Assembly (NCBI RefSeq): GCF_006345805.1
Contig: NW_021824424.1
Coordinates: 1-21,357 of the forward strand
Source: Octopus sinensis
Taxonomy: Eukaryota
Length of the DNA stretch: 21,357 bases
Reading direction: 5' to 3'
Part shown: in pieces, positions 1 through 9,435 of the stretch
How positions within the stretch are numbered: position 1 is the first letter of the stretch
How the letters are laid out: each line of letters starts with the position of its first letter
Program-made: the position numbers and the translations under genes
Notes under the pieces: generated by a model
Database searches by the model: none
Told to the model about the DNA's origin: nothing
Seen by the model: the letters and a program-made list of their open reading frames with translations, nothing else

Positions 1-33
1 TGAGAAATGAGAAAAAATATACCGGAACAACAC

Positions 34-66
34 GTATATATATATAATATATATATATATATATAG

Positions 67-98
<32 letters not shown>

Positions 99-217
99 TA
101 TATATATATACATATGTATATATACATATATAACATACATATAGATATACATATATATACATTTATATATATGTGTATATACATATGTATCTATATATAA
201 CATACATATAGATATAT

Positions 218-275
<58 letters not shown>

Positions 276-389
276 GTACACGCATATATCCATACGCATA
301 TACACACAAATACATGCATGTGTGTATACGCACATATACATATCTACATAACGAAAAAGCATACTTATATATTGCTCTATCCCGTATAT

Positions 390-422
<33 letters not shown>

Positions 423-423
423 G

Positions 424-457
<34 letters not shown>

Positions 458-705
458 TGAATGTGTGTGTATCGACATATATATAACATACTTTTACACA
501 TCTTTACGTATGAGTGCGTATGTGTCTTTGTACACATGTATACATATGCATATATATAAACATATACATGCCCACACACACACGCACATATATATACACA
601 TATTATACACAGACACACACACACATTAAAACATAGACACACTTACACAGACACTTACACACACGTACACACACACACACACACATACACACGTATATAT
701 ATATA
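34..705. repeat. Compound (TA)n/(TACA)n/(CA)n microsatellite
   Basis: Directly visible dinucleotide runs. The ORFs at 163-642 and 655-837 are poly-IY/CV artefacts. Confidence 0.95.
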
Positions 706-817
706 TACATGTACACATATACGAATGCTGATTTCCGAAGCTTGGAGGAAAACGAAAGTGAAATTAAATTTAATAAATATTAATAAAATTGATATGCTCG
801 GAGCTATTGTAAAAACA

Positions 818-831
818 GTTACCATAGTAAC
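818..831. promoter_or_regulatory. RFX-type X-box (GTTACCATAGTAAC)
   Basis: Palindromic arms GTTAC/GTAAC with a CATA spacer fit the RFX consensus GTNRCC-N(0-3)-RGYAAC exactly. It lies in a unique island between microsatellites. Function is not shown. Confidence 0.45.
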
Positions 832-897
832 AAACATTCATTTTCATTAAACTCGCAAAAATACTTTACAACCTTTCCAAACACTGTATTATCATAC

Positions 898-971
898 GTC
901 ACGTGATACAGGAAGTCATATGCGATGTTGTTTTATTTTGGAAGTGGATTTTTATGTGCCTGCATGCAAAT
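898..971. promoter_or_regulatory. Motif cluster: E-box GTCACGTGAT (898-907), ETS CAGGAAGT (909-916), GGAAGT (940-945), octamer ATGCAAAT (964-971)
   Basis: Motifs read directly from the sequence. They are short, so each could occur by chance, and the clustering is the only support. Confidence 0.3.
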
Positions 972-979
972 GTAATACT

Positions 980-1522
980 GTGAGAGTGTGAGTGTGTGAG
1001 GGAGAGAAAGAAAGAGAGAGAGAGAGAAACAGACAGACAGAGTGGGAGAGAAAGGGACAGTGTATGTATGTGTGTGTGCTTTGTATAGCAACATGCAAGT
1101 GTGTGTCATTGTATATATGTATGTTAGTGTGTGGTATTGTATGTGTTACTATATCTGTGTAACGGTTAACTGTGAATGCACTTCAGTATACACAAATTTT
1201 CATTCTTAAATTTAAATTCCTAGAAAAACCCATATACGTACACATCCATCGATACATACGCATACATTCACACGCACACTTGCACACATTCATACACACG
1301 CGCGAACACACACACACAGTCATTCACACACACACACACACACATACACGTACATTTTTGCGTAAGTTTTCTTCTAAGAACAATCAACCAGATGATTTCT
1401 TTAGGACAGCTTATCAACCGAATAAATGCACGCATCCAAATAACAAACACATACTTTCATATATACATGAAAGCACATACATATACATACACACACATAT
1501 ATATATACATATATACGTTCAA

Positions 1523-1610
<88 letters not shown>

Positions 1611-1620
1611 CTGTATGTAT
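980..1620. repeat. Compound (GT)/(GA)/(GACA)/(CA)/(TA)/(TG) microsatellites
   Basis: Directly visible, with short unique spacers. Confidence 0.9.
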
Positions 1621-1760
1621 ATCAATGTATGTATTGACCGCTAGCTCCAAAGGTTTTATTTTTAATTCTCTCTCTGTTTACTTCTTCGTGTTCCTTTCTG
1701 CTGAAGAGCGTAGGCTCGAAACGTAAAAGATTTTCTCACCTCCCTGAACGCTAGCGGTTT
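1620..1760 (+). mobile_element. Probable Penelope-like element terminal repeat fragment
   Basis: Contains CTGAAGAG-N-CGAAACGT, the minimal hammerhead signature typical of Penelope pseudo-LTRs, and resembles an abundant octopus repeat as I recall it. No coding part is attached. Confidence 0.45.
1701..1725 (+). ncRNA. Minimal hammerhead ribozyme core (type I, probably decayed)
   Basis: CUGAAGA (1701-1707), G..C closing pair of stem II (1708/1717), GAAA (1718-1721), then a palindromic ACGU stem III and a GUA cleavage triplet (1723-1725). Stem I pairs poorly in this copy. Confidence 0.45.
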
Positions 1761-1899
1761 GTTGGTAGTATTTTTGACCTCTCTTCTGGCAGATTTTAGC
1801 CATTTCTCACTATTTTACGAAGGTCGATTAACACCAAAATACCAAACTATTTTCCTAGATGAAGATTTTTTAAATACTGTGGTATTCACGCAGGTTTTA

Positions 1900-2064
1900 G
1901 GGGTAAAGATGCGGTAGTGGCAGTCGTGGTTGTTGTGGTTGTGGTGGTAGTGGTGATGGCACTGGCGGTAGTGTAAATGGTGATGAAGGCTGTCGTACTA
2001 CTAACATTAGTTGTAGGAGTGCAAATATTAGTAATGGTATGTGTAGAGAGTAGTAATATTAAAC

Positions 2065-2120
<56 letters not shown>

Positions 2121-2330
2121 CAATAGTAGTAGTAGTAATTCTGGTGGTGATGGTTGCGATCATGGTGGTGATGTTGGTGGTGGCGTTAGTAGTAGTGTTG
2201 GTGCTGGTGATGATGGTGGTAATGGAGCTTGTAATAGTAGTAGTAGTAGTAGTAGTAGTAGTAGGGATGATAGTGATGGTGTTGGTGGTGGTGGTGGTCG
2301 CAGCGGTGGTAATAGTGGTGCCAGTGCAAA
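1900..2330. repeat. Degenerate (GGT)/(GTA)n trinucleotide array
   Basis: Pure (GTA)n at about 2066-2120 with GGT/GAT variants around it. Confidence 0.9.
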
Positions 2331-2509
2331 AAAAAATATCCCCCGTCATTGACGGATCGGGGGATAGGGATGTGGACGGTGGGGGGAAAGGGTAGTGCGA
2401 TGTGGGTGGTTGGGTGGGGGGTAGCCGTTGTGACGGCCTCGTTGCTCTGAAGCAGAGGTTCTCTGGCGGTGATTTTCATGAAACAGTCAAACAATGTTTA
2501 ACTGATGGT

Positions 2510-2578
2510 GGATAATGATGATGATGATGATGATGATGATGGCAGATCCCCCATCCCCCCACCGCGCTCTAAATCCAA

Positions 2579-2612
<34 letters not shown>

Positions 2613-2666
2613 CATTGATGTCCATTTTTAGACTTGGCACTTAGCAGATTAAACAAAACAAACAAT

Positions 2667-2700
<34 letters not shown>

Positions 2701-2722
2701 AAATATATATATATATATATGT
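2510..2722. repeat. (GAT)n, (CA)n and (TA)n microsatellites
   Basis: Directly visible. Confidence 0.9.
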
Positions 2723-2909
2723 ATAAAGTAGAATCAATAATAAAATTTTAAAACAATTTTACTTTATTTTGTTTTTAAATTTAAATAAAAAAAATAAAAC
2801 ACAATACAAACAAACCGACATCTTGCTCATCCACATATCCCGCTCCCCCTCCCCGTCACCAACCAACGTCCCGCACAAAAATTTGCATTTTAATCATTAT
2901 CGTTTACAC

Positions 2910-3191
2910 GATAATGCACTTGTTGTTGGTCTTGTTGTTGTGCTTGTCATTTTGTTGTTCTTGCGGTTGTTATTCGTGATGACCCTGGTGATAATGATGA
3001 TGATCATCATGATAGTAGTGATGATGATAATGATGATGATCATGGGGATGATTACGATGGTGATAATGATGATGATGATGATGATGATCATGATGATGAG
3101 GCTGATGATGATGATGATAGTGGTGGTGGTGGTGCTGGAGGAGAAGGTGAAGGAGGGGGAGACCGAATTGGTGTTAGTGGTGATGGTGATA

Positions 3192-3222
<31 letters not shown>

Positions 3223-3790
3223 GGAGGAGGAGGAGGATGACGATGATGGTGATGATGATGATGCTTTTTGCTGATGATGTTGTCAATGTTATTTTCTGTG
3301 TTCTATTGTTCTTTTATTCTTTTCTTTATAGTCTTGTTGTTGTTGTTGTTGTTGTTGTTGCCCAGTTCATTTTTGGGTTCAAAATCTCATTTATTTATTT
3401 ATTTATTTATTTATTTATAAACGTCGAATTTTTCTTTCTTTTCATGTTTTTGTTTATTTTGTTATTTGAATTGTTAAATGGTCATTTTTTCGTTGTTGTT
3501 GTTGTTGTTCTTGTTGATGTTGGTTTGTGTTCAGTTGTTGTTTGAGGGGGTGGGCCGATGATGGTGGGTGGTGGCGGATAACAATGCCCATGTTTTTTGC
3601 TCCAGTCTCTTTCCTTACTCGTATAGGCCCTGATTGTGATGATGGTGATGATGATGGTGATGGTGATGACGTTGTTACTGAAGTAGGTAAGGACGATAAT
3701 GATAATGAAGCTGATGATGATGATAATGATGTGGATGATAATGATGATGATGAGGAAGAGGAGGAGGAGGGAGAGGAGGAGGAGGACCAG
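2910..3790. repeat. Degenerate (GTT)/(GAT)/(GAG) trinucleotide array with an (ATTT)n patch
   Basis: Directly visible. Gives poly-M/V/D/E pseudo-ORFs. Confidence 0.9.
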
Positions 3791-3794
3791 TGCC

Positions 3795-4062
3795 ACCATC
3801 AACGACGTCATCATCATCATCATTGTCGTGATCCTCATTGCTGTCGTCGTCGTCGTCGTCGACATCATCATCATCATCATCGTCATCATCATTATTTATC
3901 GTCGTCGTCATCGTCTGGAACACCACCACCAACGCCGCCGCCGCCATCGCCACTACCACTATCCACGCCACAACCACCATCATCACCATCATCACCGTCA
4001 TCATCATCATCGTTATCATCGTTATAATTAACATCATCGTCATCATCATCATCACCATCATT

Positions 4063-4095
<33 letters not shown>

Positions 4096-4190
4096 GTCAT
4101 CACCATCACCATCACCATCATCATCACCATCATCATCATCATCATCATCATCATCACCATCATCATCATCACCATCATCATCAACATTGT

Positions 4191-4221
<31 letters not shown>

Positions 4222-4255
4222 ATTATCATCATTCTTATCATCATCATCATAGTCA
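3795..4255. repeat. Degenerate (CAT)/(CAC)/(CGT) trinucleotide array, opposite polarity to the flanking GAT arrays
   Basis: Directly visible. Gives poly-H/I/S pseudo-ORFs. Confidence 0.9.
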
Positions 4256-4289
4256 CCCTGAAGAAAATGGCGATGGAGAAGGCGGCGTA

Positions 4290-4718
4290 ATGTTGTTGAT
4301 TATGTTGAAGATTGTCGGCGGTGTTGACGAACACGTCCTCGCTATTTTTGTTTCTTTTTTTTTTGTTTTTTTTTTGTGGTGATGATGAGGACGATGGTGG
4401 AACTCCTGTCATTCGTGATGGTCATCAAGATTGCGGTAATGGTTGTGAGGGTGGTGCGGCTGGGGATGCTGACGGTGGTGATGGGGAACGCGTTGGTTTT
4501 GACGGTAAGTTAATGAAGAGTGTTGCGTTGAAGTGAAAGAGGAGTGTGGCGGTGGTGCAGGGGATGGTGTTGAACTGGTTTGATGGGGGTGGAGTTGGAG
4601 CAGATGGTGGTGGTGGTGGTGGTGGGGGTCGTCGTCGTCGTTGTCATCGTAGTGGTCATGACAGTCACGCTGCAGACAGTTATGATGGTCTTCATGAGAC
4701 CGGTGGTGACGGTGATGG

Positions 4719-4806
<88 letters not shown>

Positions 4807-4830
4807 TGTGTGTGTGTGGTGTGTGTGGTA
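4290..4830. repeat. Degenerate (GGT)/(GAT) array followed by (TG)n (about 4718-4825)
   Basis: Directly visible. Confidence 0.85.
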
Positions 4831-4919
4831 ACGCCGAGTGATTTGGGGCAATGGGAAGGTTTGCGTGGGGCAATGGTGGTTTTGGTGAAGGTTAATGACT
4901 CAGTCACCTTTGATATGAT

Positions 4920-5220
4920 AAGGAAGAGGAGGGAGAGGAGGTGGGAGAGGAAGGGTACGTAGAAGGAGGAAGGAGAGGAGGGGCAGAATGTATAGGATGC
5001 GGAAGAGGAGGAGTCGAGAGACGGTGATGGTAAGTGATAATTATGGCTTTAATTATGATCATCATGATGATCATAATGGTAGTGGTGGTGGTGGCAGAGG
5101 CGGTCGTGACGACGGTGGTGATGGTAATGGTGATGATGATGATGGTGAGGATGATGATAATCACGATAATGATCCTGATGACACTGAAGATGACGATGAT
5201 AGTGATGTTGATGGAGCCAA
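4920..5220. repeat. (GAG)-rich and degenerate (GAT)/(GGT) array
   Basis: Directly visible. Confidence 0.85.
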
Positions 5221-5578
5221 TAGTCACAGGCTTGTTACCTCTCGTTCGCTTGACCCTTTCGTGGGGGTGGCAACACGCCTCCAATCATCCTCGTTTGGAA
5301 CTTAATCGGCTCCATCTTCCCCAGACGTTATTAGGTTCATTCAGAACCCCTTTTCAACCCTGCGTATCTTCTTCGGCCTCCCTGTCTTCCTTCGTCATTC
5401 TTGTAATACCCCTTCGTATAAACTCTCCAAGACATTGGATACATTTTCCTTCTGGCAGCTCCTTCTTCCCCTGCTGTCTTTTTTTTCCCACAACGCAGTT
5501 TCTCAATTCCCACGTCTCCAGGGATTCTGATTCTCTCCCCCTCCCCACAAAACACGTCGTTTCCTGCATTACACTTTC

Positions 5579-5632
5579 ACTCTTTTATCCTAATACATGT
5601 TTCAGTCATTCGACTGCGACCATGCTGGAGCA
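5579..5632 (-). mobile_element. 3' tail fragment of an octopus tRNA-derived SINE (family A)
   Basis: ACTCTTTTA..CATGTTTCAGTCATTCGACTGCGACCATGCTGGAGCA matches the reverse of the recalled tail ...CTCCAGCATGGCCGCAGTCAAATGACTGAAACAAGTAAAAGAGT. The match is from memory and was not searched. Confidence 0.7.
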
Positions 5633-5639
5633 TTGCTGC

Positions 5640-5904
5640 TGCTAGTGACGATGATGATAATGATGACGACGTTGATGATGATAATGATATTGATGGTGGT
5701 GGTCCTCGTGGTGGTGACGGTATTGATTGTGGAGGTAGCGGTGGTGATGACGATGATGAGCGTCGCCATGGCGATGGTGGTGCTGGTGGTCGTCGTCCTG
5801 ATGGTGATGATGATGATGATGGTGCTGCTGATGATGATTATGATGACGCTAGTAATGGTGATAAGGATGCAGTTGAAGATGTTGATGATGATGATGATGA
5901 TGAC

Positions 5905-5947
<43 letters not shown>

Positions 5948-6005
5948 GTGTTGTTGATGATGATGATGATGATGATGATGAAAGTGTTGGCGATGATGAT
6001 TATGA
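5640..6005. repeat. (GAT)n trinucleotide array
   Basis: Long near-pure (GAT)n at about 5880-5980. Confidence 0.95.
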
Positions 6006-6249
6006 ATGCAGAGAATTGTTTGCTGGTGTTCTTTCTTATTCCGTTTTTGCCCAAAATGAATTAATACAAAAATGTCTGTCCGAACTGTCACTGATGGGCC
6101 AACATAACACATTCCATTAAGTAAATGGGTCTCCTCCTCCCCCACCACTCCACAGCAGCCATCATCGCCCTTCTCCGCAAAACATTCTCAAATAAATAAC
6201 AGTTGCAAGAGGTGGGAGGAGGAGAGAAGAGCAACAGTAGATTTCATAC

Positions 6250-6381
6250 TTGTGTGTGTGTGTATATATATATATATATGTGTGTGTGTGTGCGTGTGTG
6301 TGTCTATATGTATGTATGTATGTATGTATGTCTGTCTGATGAATGTATGTATATAACTAGCTAGCTAGCTAGCTAGCTAGC

Positions 6382-6452
<71 letters not shown>

Positions 6453-6830
6453 ATAGATAGGTAGATAGTATGTATATAGGTAGATATAGATATAGCTATA
6501 TATGCACACCAAAACATACACATGCTGATTAATAAAATATAATTTATTTCTTACGTGTGTGTGAGTGTAGAGGCATATAATCGTTTTCTCTATATCTATC
6601 TCACATTTCACAAACACAAATACGTTATGCATGCATAACTACATATATGTTATATATATATATATAATATATATATAATATATATAGATATATATATACA
6701 TACATACATACATACATAGCATACATATATGATATATATATATGTATATATATATATACATATATATATAATATATATATAGATGCACACACACACGTGT
6801 GTGTGGTATGCAAGTGTATGTTTATATATG
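6250..6830. repeat. Compound (TG)/(TATG)/(CTAG)/(ATAG)/(TA) microsatellites
   Basis: (CTAG)x7 at 6357-6384 runs directly into (ATAG)n up to about 6470. Confidence 0.9.
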
Positions 6831-7228
6831 TATGTATTTTCTCTGTGTGTGCACGCGCGCTTCACTTGAAACACTTGTGTAAGTACACGAGAGAGTGGAT
6901 GCATACATGCATGTAGATGCATGAAGACAGCTGTATGTTTGTTTCTGTACAGACGAAGAAAACAATCCGCACTAGAAGACAATTTCAAGAATTAAAACGC
7001 ATAAAATTGATTATATTTCTAGCAAAATATGCTAAAATTTCAACGGAGATTGTTGCTTTAATATAATCCAAGTCAATCATTGCTTGACCTTCTTTTATCT
7101 TTTTACATGAAACATATAACGGAGAATTATTTCTTAAAGAGATTGGATGTTTAGGAGAGAATATTAGTTGATATTAGTATAAATCGTTAAGTTCTTAATG
7201 TTAATTAGTGCTAGAAGACGAACCTCAC

Positions 7229-7371
7229 CATACAGATCTTTGGCGAAACACGTTCCTGATTTGGTATCATGTCTCTTTCTCTGATATATATCAGGAATTT
7301 CGTCATCCAATATTTTTTTCGTTTCTTCTAATTTTTTCAATGATAAAACTGCGACCATTCTGGAGTACAAC
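7229..7371 (-). CDS. Candidate internal coding exon, 143 nt, unknown protein (LYSRMVAVLSLKKLEETKKILDDEIPDIYQRKRHDTKSGTCFAKDLY)
   Basis: Acceptor tgctttgcctcgtccttttag|G and donor ATG|GTGAGG. Only one frame is open and the composition is protein-like. No homology recognised. Conflicts with the overlapping + strand candidate. Confidence 0.35.
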
Positions 7372-7435
7372 CTAAAAGGACGAGGCAAAGCATTTCTAAT
7401 TGCAAAGACAGAAATCCGGGATCTAGAATTATACA
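7295..7435 (+). CDS. Candidate phase 1-1 coding exon, 141 nt (ISSSNIFFVSSNFFNDKTATILEYNLKGRGKAFLIAKTEIRDLELY)
   Basis: Acceptor gtctctttctctgatatatatcag|G and donor ACA|GTAATT. Only the phase-1 frame is open, and it is phase-compatible with 8761-8856. Confidence 0.35.
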
Positions 7436-7574
7436 GTAATTTTTACTAGTTTCATCTTGTCTCTCTCTGTCTTTTCTGCATGTTGATATATGAAAACTTA
7501 AGGTGGTTTTAGAGCCGTTCATGGTTGCTATTTCAGCATGGGGGTATACAAAAGGCAACAATTTACTCATCCTA

Positions 7575-7621
7575 ACTATATATATATATATATATATAAT
7601 ATATATATATATAGATATATA

Positions 7622-7654
<33 letters not shown>

Positions 7655-7950
7655 CCCATATATATATATATTTACATATATATTGATATATATTTATATA
7701 TTCATAATATTATATATACCCATATTATATTTACATATATATTGATGTATATTGATATATATATATATGCATGTATATAGATATGTATATATATATATTA
7801 TATATATTATATATATATGTATATATTATAATCTATATATATATATATATATAAGATATATATATATATATAATATATAATATATATATATATACTATAT
7901 ATATATATATATATATATTATATATTATACACAGATATATATATATATGC
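7575..7950. repeat. (TA)n microsatellite, imperfect
   Basis: Directly visible. Confidence 0.95.
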
Positions 7951-8109
7951 TCAGTTGTAGTTTTTTCTTCCTTCTTCAATTGTTGTGCTCTGATGGAGTT
8001 TTGTTAATTTTATCGAATCACCCGAGCATCGAAAGTCAGTCTCTTCCTTTTTTTCCGTTTCCTCGTTAGCTCCTGTTCTTCATAACGAGGTTATTATTTG
8101 TTGTTGCTT

Positions 8110-8141
<32 letters not shown>

Positions 8142-8550
8142 TATTGTTGCTTTTTATTATAATTTTATTTTATTTTATTTGGCGATTGAGTGGTGAAATG
8201 TAATGTTTGATTTTCTAAGCAAATATTTTTCCACTTAGCATTTTCCAGTTGTGTTATTTTAACCTTTATCGATACGCTATCGATGTTTGCAATAACGAAC
8301 ATCTCTTTCCTTTTCTATTTCTTTCTTTCCACTGTATTTTCCTTTTCTTTCTCTCTATTTCATTCTTTTTCTTTCCTCTTTTTTTTCTTCTTTCTTTATC
8401 TTCCTGTGTGTGGGTTTGCCTTTTATTCTCAATCTCTTGATTAGCACCAGAATTGAACGCTGTCGTTTCCTCTGCGAGATATTGAATAGATGTTTGAGAA
8501 ACTAAATCGTCGAAATAGAAAATATTGTTGTTGCTGGAATTCAAGTCGTG

Positions 8551-8602
8551 TTTGTTTAGCCCCAGGACAGGTTCTACTTAAATAGGCCTATAATCAGGCG
8601 TC
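8551..8602 (-). repeat. Short dispersed repeat fragment, probably a retroposon 3' end (copy 1)
   Basis: TTTGTTTAGCCCCAGGA is the exact reverse complement of 13093-13109, with weaker similarity beyond it. The strand is inferred from the AAC-like tail. Confidence 0.55.
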
Positions 8603-8760
8603 ACTTATCAAAATGTACATTGATTCGTGTCCTATCATTTATCATCATATATTCCACAATATAATAAATTTTAACCCCTTAACTTCGAAATTATACTTCA
8701 TGAGTATTCCTGCAATGATGTGAAACATCTACTCACCAATTGAATTGTTATTTTCTACAG

Positions 8761-8856
8761 GTCAACTTGGTATACTTGAGATAACAAATAATTGTTTTAA
8801 ACATGACAATACTTCAACAAAATATATAAACTGGGATATAAAATTGCTTTCCACAG
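8761..8856 (+). CDS. Candidate phase 1-1 coding exon, 96 nt (QLGILEITNNCFKHDNTSTKYINWDIKLLST)
   Basis: Strong acceptor ttgttattttctacag|G and strong donor CAG|GTATGG. Length is a multiple of 3, the other two frames contain stops, and there is an N-T-S sequon. No homology recognised. Confidence 0.5.
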
Positions 8857-8917
8857 GTATGGGTAATGGGTATATATATATATATATATATAGAATATAT
8901 ATATTATATATATATAA

Positions 8918-9031
8918 TAAATACAACGGGTTTCTTTCAGTTTCCGTCTACAAAATCCACTCACACTATAGGAGAAGACACTTGTCCAAGGTGCCATGCA
9001 GTGGGAATGAACCCGGAACCATGAGGTTGGT
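8918..9031 (-). mobile_element. Octopus tRNA-derived SINE family A fragment, internally deleted and lacking its head
   Basis: TCTTTCAGTTTCCGTCTAC..ATCCACTCAC / GAAGACACTTGTCCAAGGTGCCATGCAGTGGGAATGAACCCGGAACCATG aligns to the copy at 12740-12906. Relative to that copy, about 20 nt are missing near 8965. Confidence 0.8.
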
Positions 9032-9435
9032 TTAAATGATTTCGCAGTGGAAACCTGAGCGTTGAAGATCGTGACGTCCATCTGTCATCGATGGCGCTAA
9101 ATTAAATGCCGTTATTGAGAAAGCTTCACGCAAAACTCAGCGAGAACTGGCAAAAGAACTTCAAGTTAGCCAAAAAAACTGCCCGCACCTATTTGCATGT
9201 AATCGAAAAATCAAAGAAAACGCGACAGGCGATATGAATGAAAATCAGAAAATGCGCAGATATGAAATTTGCTCGTCGCTTCTCCGTAACCAAGCCAAAC
9301 CATTTCTCGACGGTTTTTAACTTGAGAAGAAAGGTGGATTATGTACTATAATAAAACGCGTTCTTCGGAATGCTTGGACCACAATGAAGCACCGAAATTA
9401 TTCCCTAAACCCGAACTCTTCAAAAACGAAGACTG

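Noticed and set aside
163-1726. ORFs rich in IY, HT and CV dipeptides, here and throughout the ORF track (for example 7538-7780, 10203-10625, 11484-11948, 15343-17211, 19424-21349)
   Set aside because: They are translations of (TA)n, (CA)n and (TG)n microsatellites, which lack stops in some frames. No domain content.
2059-6148. Long poly-M/V/I/T/H/D ORFs, including the Asp/Gly-rich 4988-5305 that resembles acidic shell proteins
   Set aside because: They are explained by GAT, GGT and CAT trinucleotide arrays open in several frames on both strands at once. There is no signal peptide or splice support.
6788-6805. 18-bp perfect palindrome CACACACACGTGTGTGTG
   Set aside because: A trivial CA/TG microsatellite junction, expected in this repeat context.
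8730-8760. Strong - strand donor (TTG|GTGAGT near 8736) as the exon upstream of 7229-7371
   Set aside because: The frame needed to join the 7371 acceptor contains TAA just upstream, and the longer candidate exons are closed in all frames.
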